Assembly: GCA_030059675.1 (NCBI GenBank)
Contig: JANVYQ010000001.1
Location: 288,001-352,000 of the forward strand
Source of the DNA: Candidatus Pelearchaeum maunauluense
GTDB taxonomy: Archaea > Thermoproteota > Nitrososphaeria_A > Caldarchaeales > Caldarchaeaceae
Direction of reading: 5' to 3'
Length of the DNA: 64,000 nucleotides
Shown here: positions 50,017-61,369 of the stretch, in pieces
Layout: every line of letters begins with the position of its first letter
Position numbering within the stretch: position 1 is the first letter of the stretch
The notes under the pieces: generated by a model
Told to the model about the DNA's origin: nothing
Seen by the model: the letters and a program-made list of their open reading frames with translations, nothing else
The model's database searches: none
Position numbers and translations under genes: made by a program

Positions 50017-51042
50017 ATGCGTGTTGGGCTTGGTCTCCAGACAGGTCTTCCAGCTAGAGAGCTGATAAGCCACGCCTTGAAGGCCGAGGATAAGGGCTTC
50101 AACTCGGTATGGGTGTCTGAAGACCCTTTCTTCAGGGACGCGCTCCCCATACTGGGCTCGCTAGCCTACAACACAAACAGGATACGCCTAGCCTCCTGCA
50201 TCGTGAATGTCTATACCAAGAACCCCGTATACATGGCGATGTTCGCATTAACGATGAGCGAGCTCTCCGAAAATAGATTCGTCCTAGGCATAGGCCGCGG
50301 CCTGCGCTCGGTGATTGAAGGCCAGCTAGGAATAGAATACCACAAACCACTTGAGTATATGCGAGAGTATCTGGCCGCTCTTAAGAGCCTTCTAAGGGGC
50401 GAGAGCACGTTTAGTGGGCGCTACTTCACGCTTCGCGATACGCGGTTCTTCTTTAAGCCCCCCGACGGGGCGCATCCTAGGATTCTCCTCGCGGCCATGG
50501 GGCCTAAGATGCTTAAGCTGGCTGGGGAGCTGGCTGATGGGGCTATACTAAACTCATGCACCTCAACAAAATACGCCGAATGGGCTGTAGGTGTTGTCAG
50601 GGAATCGGCAAAGAACGCTGGGAAGGGGAAAGACGACATAGAGGTGGCGTGCTCAATATGGACATGCGTCTCCGATGATGTTGAGAACGCGCTGAAAACG
50701 CTTAAACTGCCTGTAGGCTTCCTAACCTCCATCCCAGGATTCGGAGAGCTCCTCCTCCAGCATGGAGGGCTAAGTGTTAACATTCTAGAAGAGCTGAGAA
50801 GCGCATACAGGTGGAGCGAACCGCATAACGACCCCTTCTGGCACCTTGAGAACGCAGACAAGGATAAGGTAATGGAGCTGATAGACGATAAGATGGTTGA
50901 CGCACTAACAATATGCGGAGACGCAGAATACTGCGCTGGGCGTGTGCGCGATTATCTGCGTGCAGGAATAACCACACCAATACTATTCCCGATTGGGTGT
51001 GACGCTGACGCGGTTATAGGGCTTATTGAGTGGCTGAGATGA
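50017..51042 (+). CDS. LLM-class (Mer-like) oxidoreductase
   Basis: GFNSVWVSED, IVNVYTKNP, ELSENRFVLGIG, AAMGPKMLKLAGELADG. Confidence 0.88.
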   Translation: MRVGLGLQTGLPARELISHALKAEDKGFNSVWVSEDPFFRDALPILGSLAYNTNRIRLASCIVNVYTKNPVYMAMFALTMSELSENRFVLGIGRGLRSVIEGQLGIEYHKPLEYMREYLAALKSLLRGESTFSGRYFTLRDTRFFFKPPDGAHPRILLAAMGPKMLKLAGELADGAILNSCTSTKYAEWAVGVVRESAKNAGKGKDDIEVACSIWTCVSDDVENALKTLKLPVGFLTSIPGFGELLLQHGGLSVNILEELRSAYRWSEPHNDPFWHLENADKDKVMELIDDKMVDALTICGDAEYCAGRVRDYLRAGITTPILFPIGCDADAVIGLIEWLR

Positions 51043-51137
51043 GCCCATCTCTGAAGGGGAAAGTATTTCATCAACTCGTGGAGGGTTATCTAAGTAAAAT
51101 TCGCGAGATGAAGTAGCTAGGATAGAGGACTGGGGCT

Positions 51138-51542
51138 ATGGAGGCGGGAGAAAAGCCTGTGGAAGCCTTCGTTCCTTCGCTGCTTGCGGGATTGATGATA
51201 ATAATAGGCGCTATACTCAGGATTCTCCTCTGGCTGACGGGCTACCCTATATGGAGCATACTACTACCGCCGAACCTAGGGGGCTTGATATGGGGCTTCG
51301 CGATAAAGATAATGGGCTTCTGGCTCTTCATGATGCTAATCACCAGCCTCCTCTTCGGACTCGTGATAATGTCATCCGCGCTAATCCTATACAACAAGCC
51401 AGAACAAGCCCGAACATGGGGCAACGTAGTACTCCTAGCATCAATAATCAGCATACTCATACCAGGAGGCTTCTTCGCAGGCTCAGTCCTAGGAATAATG
51501 GGCGGCCTCCTGGCAATAACTTGGAGAAGGCTAAAGACATGA
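51138..51542 (+). CDS. 4-TM membrane protein
   Basis: SLLAG...GGFFAGSVLGIMGGLLAI. Confidence 0.65.
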   Translation: MEAGEKPVEAFVPSLLAGLMIIIGAILRILLWLTGYPIWSILLPPNLGGLIWGFAIKIMGFWLFMMLITSLLFGLVIMSSALILYNKPEQARTWGNVVLLASIISILIPGGFFAGSVLGIMGGLLAITWRRLKT

Positions 51543-51587
51543 TGTTATACAGAACCGCATAATAACAACACGCACCGTACCAAGCAC

Positions 51588-52156
51588 ATGGACTTAAACG
51601 ACGGTGAGGAGCGTTTCTCCAAGCTTGTCGGGAAGAGGGCTAGGATAATAAGCAGTAAGGGACGCATATACGTAGGGCGCGTTGTGGAATATAGCAAGGT
51701 AGATGATGGGCTGTGGGTTGAGGATGTGGAATAACAGCAGACGGGCGAGAAGAATCAAAGACTATTCATCTCGCGTGGTGAGGTATCCCATGTGGAGTTG
51801 GTAGAGGGCGAGAGTAGGTGGAGGGAGCCGCGTGTTATACTGTTGTTTCTCGCGCTGGTCGTTGCGGCGCTCTACACTCTACTAGCGATAAACACGACCA
51901 CGCCCATCGTATATCTAATCCCACCATGCATAGCATTCGGATTTGGAGCAGTCCAATCCATACTAAGCAGGAGTAGGGCATGGCTCGTTGGCTCGCTCTC
52001 AATAATACTCTGGACGCTCTTTATCCAGCTGACGGGAAGCCCAAACCCCCAAAACGGGATAGCCATAATTGTTATGTTGCTGGCTGTTGCCACGATGGCT
52101 GTGTGGGCCTCTACTGCCAGGTTGCCGATAAAAGCCCAGACCATACATAAGATAAG

Positions 52157-52160
<4 letters not shown>
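51588..52160 (+). pseudogene. Sm/LSm-like domain fused to a TM domain, interrupted by TAA at 51732
   Basis: LVGKRARIISSKGRIYVGRV...LWVEDVE*...LFISRGEVSHVEL, in frame with the hydrophobic ORF from 51792; 3' end uncertain. Confidence 0.45.
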
Positions 52161-53107
<947 letters not shown>

Positions 53108-53149
53108 GTCCGTCCAATCCTACAGACAGACTATAAGGTTTAGGTGGAT

Positions 53150-54024
53150 TCACGGCACGCGGGGAAGCCGTTGCTCTAGTTGCTTCTCCTCATCGCTGGT
53201 TAGTGGGCGTGTTGGGGGAAGAGGCCCTCCTATGTCTATCCCCCTAAGCTTCAGGACGTGTTTGTATGATGCAACATCTGGGCCTATGGACTTGAGCACG
53301 TTCCTTATCTTGTTGAGCTGGCTCTGGAGGCGTAGAGCCTCCTCCATCCTACCGTCAACCACGTTTCTGTATATCTGCGCGACCAGCTCTGGGTAGATGC
53401 ACGCCAGGCCGCTTATATGAGCTGGAAGCCCTATAACAAACGTGTTATACACGAGCGTGTCGCTGCCGCTTGCTATGAAGTGCGTGTTGCTAAACCGTAG
53501 GCGTAGCTCAACCAGCTGCTCTGGGTCGCCGCTGGTATCCTTAACACCCTTAACCCCCTTAACCGCCTCAAATACCGCGGCGATGGTATCAACGGGCATC
53601 TGATACCCCTGCCGCGGCGGGTTGTTATACACCAGGAGGGGGACATCGGTAGCCTCGGCTATCTTCTGGTAGAATGAGACGAGTGAGGTCTTGTCGTAGC
53701 GGTAGTAGAAGAGGACTATGGCCGAGATGGCGTCTGCACCTATCTTGCTGGCATGCGCTGCGAGTTGTCCAACGGTATCTATACCAGAGGCTCCCACGTG
53801 GATTATCACCAGCCCGTCTGAGCCACCGCTCTCAACCACGCGCTCCGCAAATGTTTTCCGCGCGTCTATACCGAGCTTAGCCCCTCGCCGTAAGTCCCCC
53901 AAACAAAATAGCCTCCCACACCATTCCTACGTGGGAAATCCAAAAGCTCGGAAACCCTATCCCAATACTCCATACTCGGTGTGAGGAGAGCGGCAATAAT
54001 CCCCCTAAACGCGCTAAGCTCCAT
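53150..54024 (-). pseudogene. DHDPS-family (KDG aldolase-like) gene, frameshifted near 53880
   Basis: N-terminus MELSAFRGIIAALLTP...WGTYGEG in one frame; IHVGA, VYNNP and GVKDTSG in another. Confidence 0.8.
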
Positions 54025-54069
54025 GACAAACACCATACTTGGGATAAATAAAGAAAGCGCTAAAGCTGC

Positions 54070-54450
54070 TCAACACTCGCCCACATAGATGGTGTCATAC
54101 TTCTCGCGGCGTGGGATTACGCAGATAAACTCCACATCCTCACTGCTGTTGTTAAAATACCAGTGCGGAGTCCCCGCGGGTATGTAGACCGCGTCCCCCT
54201 CCTTAACCTCATGCTCCTCGTCCCCTATTCCTATAACCATACGGCCCCTCAGTATGTATTGCTCATGCTCAATATCTGGGTGCATGTGCTTAGGTATCCT
54301 ACCCCCAGGCTTGAGCGTGAATTTACGCATCTCAAAGTTAGGCGCTCCATCGCGAGCGCTGATGAGCCACCTCAGCTCAGTATTAACCGCCCTATCAGGC
54401 TGCTCAGCCCGAACCTCACCACTCCTACGAATCATAAACACAACAACCAT
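54070..54450 (-). CDS. Cupin domain protein
   Basis: HMHPDIEHEQY and GDAVYIPAGTPHW. Confidence 0.88.
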   Translation of the reverse strand: MVVVFMIRRSGEVRAEQPDRAVNTELRWLISARDGAPNFEMRKFTLKPGGRIPKHMHPDIEHEQYILRGRMVIGIGDEEHEVKEGDAVYIPAGTPHWYFNNSSEDVEFICVIPRREKYDTIYVGEC

Positions 54451-54484
54451 AGAACGCGCTCTTAAAGCTTCACAACCATCACAC

Positions 54485-55603
54485 CTAGGCCTGTTTATGA
54501 TGCCTAGCCAATAAAGCGTACCGCAGAACGGGGTCTGCAATCTCATAACCATCATCCACGCGTCTAATGAACCCAGAGTTGGCTAGTGAGTTGATTATAT
54601 TGTGTAGTGTGTTGTCGGATACTGTTCTTCCCTCCATAGCTTGGAGATAACGTTTTATCTTCATCCAGTTTACCGTTGTTTGCGCCATGAGTTCTGCGGC
54701 CATCCTATATCTTCTAGCAGCTATCCCACGTATGCTTAAGAAGTTCTCAAATTCATGAAGGGCAAGCGCTGCTCCCCTTTCAAGGGTTGCGTCAACCGCT
54801 TTGTGCGTGCAACCATACTGCTTTGCCGTCAGCCCAAATTCGGTGAGCCAACCCAACACGCCATCAAGCCTCTCAACGGCGTATTGCAGCACGTCAACAG
54901 GAGGCTTTATGCCAAGCTGCGCAAACCCAATACGGAGAAACTCCATAGAACGCTCATAATCTAGGTTTTCAAGCCTGACCTCGGTGTAATGTCTGCCATA
55001 CAGAGGAGCCCGCGGCTCCTCCAGCCTTAGGAAACGATGGAGCAAACCAACCTCCGAGCCTGTGAGGATTATCGTGATGTTCCTTAACCTGTCGTAACAG
55101 TATGCTAGGATGGGGAGTAGATTAATGCCTCTAAGCTTACTTAGAATCTGAGCCTCGTCAAACGCCACTACTATCCTCTCTCCAGAGCTGTTGGCCCATT
55201 CGTCCAGCTTCTCCAGAAGAGAAGTTATGCTGAGTCTCTTCTTCTTAGACCATTCAAACTCTATTCTAGCACCCATCACCTCAACCCCCCTCACCTTCTT
55301 TAGATAATCGCGCAATCCCCTAGTCCTGTCTATAATCGCCGAGATGGCATCGCTGAGGGCTTCTAAGAACTCAACCCTACTAATTGCTGGGCGCTCCTCA
55401 AACCTCCGCATATCAAGCAGGATTGACCTAACGTTGAGCGTGTTAAGCCCTGTGTAGAGGAGGGAAGTCTTACCAGCCCGCCGAAGACCTACCAGGAGAA
55501 TAAGAGGACTACCCCTCGTGATTGATTCTCTAAAAAGCTGTAACTCTTTTTCACGGTTAAAGAAGTCCTCCAGCCTGGTTTTTGGCCGTTCGTCAAAATA
55601 CAT
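54485..55603 (-). CDS. Archaeal AAA/STAND-like ATPase with C-terminal wHTH
   Basis: MYFDERPK...FFNREKEL, GLRRAGKTS, FDEAQ, TGSEVG, PLYGR, DGVLGWL, DPV. Confidence 0.88.
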   Translation of the reverse strand: MYFDERPKTRLEDFFNREKELQLFRESITRGSPLILLVGLRRAGKTSLLYTGLNTLNVRSILLDMRRFEERPAISRVEFLEALSDAISAIIDRTRGLRDYLKKVRGVEVMGARIEFEWSKKKRLSITSLLEKLDEWANSSGERIVVAFDEAQILSKLRGINLLPILAYCYDRLRNITIILTGSEVGLLHRFLRLEEPRAPLYGRHYTEVRLENLDYERSMEFLRIGFAQLGIKPPVDVLQYAVERLDGVLGWLTEFGLTAKQYGCTHKAVDATLERGAALALHEFENFLSIRGIAARRYRMAAELMAQTTVNWMKIKRYLQAMEGRTVSDNTLHNIINSLANSGFIRRVDDGYEIADPVLRYALLARHHKQA

Positions 55604-55604
55604 A

Positions 55605-55643
55605 CTACTTCAACCCCTTGAAGTAGCTTCAACCCATCAAGCT
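55605..55643. promoter_or_regulatory. Palindromic operator-like element abutting the ATPase start
   Basis: CTACTTCAA-CCCC-TTGAAGTAG followed by a degenerate copy AGCTTCAACCCATCAAGCT. Confidence 0.55.
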
Positions 55644-55769
55644 AATAAACAATACCAGACACAGAACAGCAAAGAGAGGCAAAGGTTAAGCCCACCTGCC
55701 TAGCAGGCGCTCAACGCCTCTCCTCGCCTAAAATTCTTCATATACAGGGATTTTGTTGGTCTGGGGGTT

Positions 55770-56786
55770 ATGTACCGCGTGAGTGTTATTGAGGGCGATG
55801 GTATAGGGCCTCACATAGTAAGCCTTACGCGCGGGCTCTTGGAGTATCTGGCGGACAGGTATGGGTTTGGCGTCTCTTTTGTGGAGGCGCCTGCTGGCGA
55901 TAGGGTGAAGGAGGAGACGGGCGATGCTCTCCCAAGGGATTCGCTGGAGAAGATACTCTCCTCAGACGCCTGCCTCAAGGGGCCTGTGGGCGAGACAGCC
56001 CGCGATGTGATAGTCTTCCTCAGACAGCGGCTAGACCTATTCGCCAACATAAGGCCATTCAAAACCTACCAGGGGGTTAAGAGTGTATGGAGCGGCGTTG
56101 ACCTGGTGATAGTCCGCGAGAATACCGAAGACCTCTACAGGGGCGTGGAGGACGTTGGCCAGGACCACGCTGTTGCGATGCTGGTAGTAACGCGCCGCGC
56201 TACGGAGAGGATTGCGCGCGTAGCATTTGAGATGGCAATGCAGCGCAGGAAGAAGGTTACCATAATACACAAGGCCAACGTTGTACGCTCATATGTTTTC
56301 TTCAGGGATGTGTGTCTGGAAGTTGCGCGGCGCTATCCAGAGGTTAGTGTTGATGAGATGTATGTGGATAACGCGGCGTACCAGCTGATTCTTAATCCCC
56401 AAGGCTTTGATGTGATGCTCACGCCAAACATGTTTGGGGATATTCTGAGCGATGAGGCTGCGGGTGTTGTTGGGACACTCGGCATAGCGGGCTCGGCAAA
56501 CATAGGCGAGAGGTATGGGTTGTTTGAGCCTGTTCACGGCACGGCGCCCACGCTGGAGCCTGAGAACGCCAACCCAACAGCCCAGATTCTCGCCGCTAAG
56601 ATGATGCTAGACTGGCTGGGCCAGAAGAAAAATGATAAAAACATTCTAAAAGCCGCGGCAGACCTAGACAAAGCCGTAACGACGCTCTTGGATACGGGTA
56701 AAACCCTAACACCAGACTTGGGAGGTAGGGCAAAAGCGTCGCAGTTCGTAGAGGCCATTAAGAGGGAAATAGAAGAGCGACGCTGA
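55770..56786 (+). CDS. Isopropylmalate/isocitrate dehydrogenase family enzyme (LeuB-like)
   Basis: GDGIGP, RENTEDLY, HKANV, NMFGDILSDEAA, FEPVHGTAP, TPDLGG. Confidence 0.88.
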   Translation: MYRVSVIEGDGIGPHIVSLTRGLLEYLADRYGFGVSFVEAPAGDRVKEETGDALPRDSLEKILSSDACLKGPVGETARDVIVFLRQRLDLFANIRPFKTYQGVKSVWSGVDLVIVRENTEDLYRGVEDVGQDHAVAMLVVTRRATERIARVAFEMAMQRRKKVTIIHKANVVRSYVFFRDVCLEVARRYPEVSVDEMYVDNAAYQLILNPQGFDVMLTPNMFGDILSDEAAGVVGTLGIAGSANIGERYGLFEPVHGTAPTLEPENANPTAQILAAKMMLDWLGQKKNDKNILKAAADLDKAVTTLLDTGKTLTPDLGGRAKASQFVEAIKREIEERR

Positions 56787-56799
56787 AAACAGGCTGTCG

Positions 56800-57792
56800 G
56801 TGGCTGTTGTGAAGCGTGTCGTCGTTAATGTTCCGTCTAGCTCGGCTAATCTGGGGCCTGGTTTTGATGTTTTCTCGGTCGCGCTTGAACAGCCTTCGCT
56901 GACTGTTGAGGCAGTGTTGCGTGATGATGGCGTTTTTGAGGTTGTTAACGACGGCCCCTATGGTGGTGAGGTTAGCACTCTTCCTGACGAGCATGCTGGC
57001 GCTAGGGCTGCACGGCAGCTGCTGCGGGAGCTTGGGCTTGGGTATGGGCTTTCGCTGAAGGTTGATGTGCGCATCCCGCCGCGTAAGGGGCTTGGGCTGA
57101 GCGGCGCCGAGGCTGCTGGGGCAGTGTTCGCCCTGAACGAGCTACTTGGCCTGGGTATGGATAGGGAGCGGATGGTAATGTATGCTGCGCGGGCTGAGCC
57201 TGGAGAGCACGTGGATAACGTCGCAGCCTCCCTCATAGGTGGTTTCAGCATAGCCATGCGCGACTCGCTGGCTGGTGGTGTGGTGGTTAAGCGTGTAGAG
57301 CCGCCTAGAGACCTTGGGCTTGTGGCCATAATCCCAGACATCCCGAAGGCTTCTACCGCGCGTGCGCGCGAGGCTCTTCCTGATTCTTTATCTAGGGATG
57401 CGCATGTTGAGAGCGCCGCGCGTTGCGCGGTAGCGGCGGCAGCCCTAGCGCTGGGTGATTTAGACCTACTACTCCGCGCTGTCTCCTACGACCCCTACGC
57501 TGAGAAGGCGAGAGCCGACGCGGGCGTATATGGAGATATGCTCACGGCATCAACATTGCTGGAGGAGAAGAAGCATCTCCTAAAGGAGTTCCACGTCGCG
57601 GAGACGATAAGCGGAGCAGGTCCCTCGCGGCTGCTGTGGTTTAAGCTATCCGAGAACAGGCAGCGGCGGGGTGAGCGGCCCATAGACAAGGCAATAGACA
57701 CGGTGGTCTCAGGAATAGAGGAGGCTGGCTACAAGGTCTTGGAGGTGCTGGAGACGAGACCAAGTAGCGTAGGCTGTGCTAGGGTAAAGTAA
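56800..57792 (+). CDS. thrB: Homoserine kinase
   Basis: PSSSANLGPGFDV, IPPRKGLGLSGA, HVDNVAAS..GG, ISGAGPS. Confidence 0.9.
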   Translation: MAVVKRVVVNVPSSSANLGPGFDVFSVALEQPSLTVEAVLRDDGVFEVVNDGPYGGEVSTLPDEHAGARAARQLLRELGLGYGLSLKVDVRIPPRKGLGLSGAEAAGAVFALNELLGLGMDRERMVMYAARAEPGEHVDNVAASLIGGFSIAMRDSLAGGVVVKRVEPPRDLGLVAIIPDIPKASTARAREALPDSLSRDAHVESAARCAVAAAALALGDLDLLLRAVSYDPYAEKARADAGVYGDMLTASTLLEEKKHLLKEFHVAETISGAGPSRLLWFKLSENRQRRGERPIDKAIDTVVSGIEEAGYKVLEVLETRPSSVGCARVK

Positions 57793-57866
57793 TACGTATT
57801 ACTTGAGGCTTATTGGTTTATGGGACACGCTTAGCTCCGTGCTTGTTGATGGTTGTGTTCTTAAAT

Positions 57867-57880
57867 TTAGGCGGCGGCTA
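57867..57880. promoter_or_regulatory. Putative DtxR/MntR-type box upstream of the rubrerythrin-VIT1 gene
   Basis: TTAGGCGGCGGCTA, identical to the element upstream of the DtxR gene; both follow CTTAAAT. Confidence 0.55.
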
Positions 57881-57892
57881 TGAGACTAAGTA

Positions 57893-58774
57893 ATGGACGA
57901 CATACGTGGCTTTTGCAGGGACGAATACGTTGATTACACGGTCTACCGAGAGCTGGCTCGGCGCGAGAAGAACGAGGGTAGGCGGAAGATACTTGAGAGC
58001 CTAGCCGCCACCGAGTATGAGCATTACAGGTTTTGGAGCAAGACGCTAGGCGGCTACGAGCCGCGGGTTAGCGGCCTCTTTATAAAACTCTTCCATGTCA
58101 TGCGTGTCTTATTCGGCCTCACATTCACGCTCAAGCTACTTGAGCGGCATGAGGAGGAGGTTATACGCGGATACAAGCGGTACGCAGCAACGCTTAGTGG
58201 AGATGAGAAGGCTCTAGTTGAGGAGATAATCCAACAAGAGGAGGAGCATGAACGCTACTTCATGTCGCAGATAGACGAGGGCGTGGTTAGGTATATGAGC
58301 TTCATAGTCCTCGGCCTGGCTGATGCGATAGTGGAGATAACAGGCGTCCACGCTGGTTTCCTAGGCGTTACGAGCTCAACCCTCATAGCCGGCATCGCTG
58401 GGCTTGTCGTAGGGTTCGCGGCAGCAATCTCTATGGCGTCAGCAGCGTACTTGCAGGCCAAGCAGGATATAGCCCGTAGTCCAGTAATCTCAGCCCTAAC
58501 CACTGGAGTCTCGTACATAGGCGCGGTAGCGGTCTTGGCTCTCCCCTACTTCCTAACCGAGGACATGATAACTGCATTCACGGTCTCCGTCATGCTCGCT
58601 GTATTGCTAACGGCTGCATTCACGTTTTATGGCGCCGTGATAAATGAGCGGAGCTTCAAGCGCGAATTTGCGGAGAGCGTGGCGCTCATACTTGGGACAG
58701 CATTCGCCACCTACCTCTTCGGAGACTTCCTAGGAAGGCTCTTCGGAGTACAGCAAGCTGTAAGCCTATTCTAA
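57893..58774 (+). CDS. Rubrerythrin/ferritin-like + VIT1/CCC1 fusion (MbfA-like metal exporter)
   Basis: EYEH and EEEHE di-iron motifs, then IVLGLADA..., AISMASAAYL. Confidence 0.87.
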   Translation: MDDIRGFCRDEYVDYTVYRELARREKNEGRRKILESLAATEYEHYRFWSKTLGGYEPRVSGLFIKLFHVMRVLFGLTFTLKLLERHEEEVIRGYKRYAATLSGDEKALVEEIIQQEEEHERYFMSQIDEGVVRYMSFIVLGLADAIVEITGVHAGFLGVTSSTLIAGIAGLVVGFAAAISMASAAYLQAKQDIARSPVISALTTGVSYIGAVAVLALPYFLTEDMITAFTVSVMLAVLLTAAFTFYGAVINERSFKREFAESVALILGTAFATYLFGDFLGRLFGVQQAVSLF

Positions 58775-58776
58775 CG

Positions 58777-59946
58777 CTACCCCTCTCTTATAATGCGCAT
58801 GACGCGCGGAAGCATGCTCACACTAGGTATGATTAGGTCTGCACCACCCTCCATAAACTGGTCAATCCTGTCAATATCGCCGACACCACCATACACCCCC
58901 GCAAAGACGTAGCGGTCTTCAACCTTCTTGGCGTTCTGCCAGAGAATCAAATCCGCGGCGGAGTCGCCTACATACATGACATCGCCCACCATACCCCTCG
59001 CAGCCTCTATCAAGGCGTAGGGGCTCGGCTTCTCATACCTCTCCTTCCCAGCAATATCGTCGTTAACCAAGTCAGCTATGAAGACGCGTGCGCTGGGCTC
59101 AAAGTAGTTGAGCAGCGCGCCCATGGTTTTGCTTGTCTCCCACGAGCCGCGTCCAGTCGCTAGCCCCATCTTCCTAAAGACCGAGGAAAGCTCCCGCATC
59201 GTCTCCTCATCCACTAGGAGCTTCTCCCCCTCCAGACTCCCGTCTAGACTAAAGTACGGCCCAACTCTCCTGACGTTCCGGATATTCCGCGAGCCGAAGA
59301 ACGCCTCATCAAAGAACGTGACCAGCAACCCCTCGCCGTATTTCCCTGGATAGCCCAGCGCCCAGTTGATTGCTCTAATTATGCTCTCCGCATCGCCCGT
59401 GTTGAGCTCTGGATAGACCACCTCCTCCTCTATCTCGCGGTAGCCCATACCTGTTCTCTCGTATTGCTGCACCTTTATCTCAAGTGAGCGGAGCAGCTGC
59501 CTTATCTGGTCTTTAGTCATCTCTGTATGATTGGTGTTCTCTCCCAGTTTTTTCATAAGCTCGCTGGGGCTTATGCTGCTCTCGTCAGCGCTGCGGTGGA
59601 GCTTCGCCAGCCTCTCTAGACTCTCGCGGGGGGCGTGTATAGCCAGCCAGGTCGTCAATAGATGCACGGTATCCCAGTCGTTGTTAAAGCCGCCCACACC
59701 GCGTATGGTGTAGATGGTCTCCAGCGATATGCTATCCCTGCTAAACTCCAACCCAGTCAAAGCACGGACAAGCTCGGCAACAGTATATCTAATAGCCTCA
59801 TCATAGGACGTGCGCGAATCTATCAAAACGCCATCGCAGTCAAAAACCGCGCTCTCCACCCCTGATAGACGCTCAACAGACTCATACCTAACATATGAGA
59901 GGCCTCGCGCTGTCCTAAGCTCAAAATAGTTTCGCGCCTGCGACAA
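58777..59946 (-). CDS. HAD-superfamily hydrolase with large cap
   Basis: FDCDGVLID, GGFNNDWD, ATGR, KPSP, YVGDSAAD. Confidence 0.82.
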   Translation of the reverse strand: MSQARNYFELRTARGLSYVRYESVERLSGVESAVFDCDGVLIDSRTSYDEAIRYTVAELVRALTGLEFSRDSISLETIYTIRGVGGFNNDWDTVHLLTTWLAIHAPRESLERLAKLHRSADESSISPSELMKKLGENTNHTEMTKDQIRQLLRSLEIKVQQYERTGMGYREIEEEVVYPELNTGDAESIIRAINWALGYPGKYGEGLLVTFFDEAFFGSRNIRNVRRVGPYFSLDGSLEGEKLLVDEETMRELSSVFRKMGLATGRGSWETSKTMGALLNYFEPSARVFIADLVNDDIAGKERYEKPSPYALIEAARGMVGDVMYVGDSAADLILWQNAKKVEDRYVFAGVYGGVGDIDRIDQFMEGGADLIIPSVSMLPRVMRIIREG

Positions 59947-59986
59947 GGCTGGTCTTCTTCAGAAGAACATACATGCGGGCTGGTAT

Positions 59987-60685
59987 TTAGGTCTGGGCTG
60001 CTCTCCAGACGCGGTCAAACTCCGCCTTAAAGAGCTTCGCCACCTCATACCCCTCTATAACCACCATGTTCTCATCATTCCTCCTATCGCCGCTGAAGCT
60101 CCAGTTCATGCTCCCAGTTACGACTATGTAGCCGTCTATTATCGCTACCTTGTGGTGCATTAGGTAGGGGTTGGAGTCCAGCCTCACATCCACGCCAGCG
60201 CTCCTCAGCCGTTGGTACACGCTACCCTTGCTATAGGCGTTGTTGGCCTCAATAACCACCTTGATATCAACGCCGCGCGCAGCAGCCCTTATGAGAGCCT
60301 CGGCAACCCCGTCCAGCGTGAAGCTGAATATCATGACATAAACACTCTCCTTAGCGCCATCTATCAGCTTAATGAGCAGGTTTGAGCATCCACCACCTGG
60401 GGAGAAGCAGACCTCACTCACATACCCCGCCTCTGGCTGGGCGGTTATGACTATCCTCTCGGTAACTGTGGTAGGTGAGGCCGATACGACAGTCGTCGCA
60501 ACCAACGTTGTCTCAACGACTGTGGCTGTTCTCTCCACCTCAAGTGTGGTCGTCTCAGTTACAATCTCCGAGACAGTCTTGACATACGTCTCTGTTATGG
60601 CCTCCCCTGGCTTCACAATCCAGCCAGCGGCAAAGCCAGTAGCTAACACGAGTAGAATAACCAAGGCGATGAAGAGGGGGCGCAT
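59987..60685 (-). CDS. Membrane-anchored single-HKD PLD/Nuc-type nuclease
   Basis: N-terminal TM, Thr-rich stalk, FSPGG, HHKVAIID..TGSMNW..NDEN. Confidence 0.87.
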   Translation of the reverse strand: MRPLFIALVILLVLATGFAAGWIVKPGEAITETYVKTVSEIVTETTTLEVERTATVVETTLVATTVVSASPTTVTERIVITAQPEAGYVSEVCFSPGGGCSNLLIKLIDGAKESVYVMIFSFTLDGVAEALIRAAARGVDIKVVIEANNAYSKGSVYQRLRSAGVDVRLDSNPYLMHHKVAIIDGYIVVTGSMNWSFSGDRRNDENMVVIEGYEVAKLFKAEFDRVWRAAQT

Positions 60686-60748
60686 GGAGAAACACCATTA
60701 GCAGCCAAGTAAATATATTATGCCAGAAAAAGAGGGCCTGAAAACGCT

Positions 60749-61342
60749 TTGGAAGGGCATGTAAGACGCTACCTAGTCATAACGAAAAATAACGCTCATC
60801 TCACGCCGCGCGATAGGGGAGGTGTAATTTCAGAACTACGCGAGAGGCTGCGTGATTCATGTAGAGTTGCTGACCTGCGAATAGCATCAAACCACCTAGA
60901 GTTTGATTTGTTCTGTGGTGAGCATGGCTTGGAGAGGACGGTAAGCATACTAAACGGCTTATTCGGTGTTGTTGATGTAAGAAACCTAAGTGACGAAAAG
61001 GATGTTATGGATTTTGATGAAGCGCTAATACGCGCTGTTGGGCTGTTTAACGAGGAGCGCTACTGGGAGGCTCACGAAGCTCTAGAAAACCTGTGGAGAA
61101 ATACCCAAGGGGCTGAGAAGGAGCTGCTGCACGGAATAATATTAACAGCAGCCGCCTACGTCCATACCCAGAAGGGAGAAGAAGACAGGTTCATACCGAT
61201 ACTTGAGAGGGCCTATAAAAGCCTGCTAAGCTGGCCAGAAGACAGCTACAGGGGAATTGATGTCAAAGCCCTACGCGAGGCTGTCAAGCGCCTTCATGAT
61301 GAACTGGCTTTCCATAGAATTACATTAACCCTTAAATATTAG
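60749..61342 (+). CDS. DUF309 domain protein with N-terminal extension
   Basis: LFNEERYWEAHEALENLW...GII..AAAYVH. Confidence 0.82.
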   Translation: MEGHVRRYLVITKNNAHLTPRDRGGVISELRERLRDSCRVADLRIASNHLEFDLFCGEHGLERTVSILNGLFGVVDVRNLSDEKDVMDFDEALIRAVGLFNEERYWEAHEALENLWRNTQGAEKELLHGIILTAAAYVHTQKGEEDRFIPILERAYKSLLSWPEDSYRGIDVKALREAVKRLHDELAFHRITLTLKY

Positions 61343-61369
61343 GCGGCGGCTAACTTAGGCGATGTCTAA
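61339..61369. promoter_or_regulatory. Tandem DtxR/MntR-type boxes overlapping the regulator start
   Basis: TTAGGCGGCGGCTAA and TTAGGCGATGTCTAA (TTAG-N7-CTAA inverted repeats). Confidence 0.6.
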
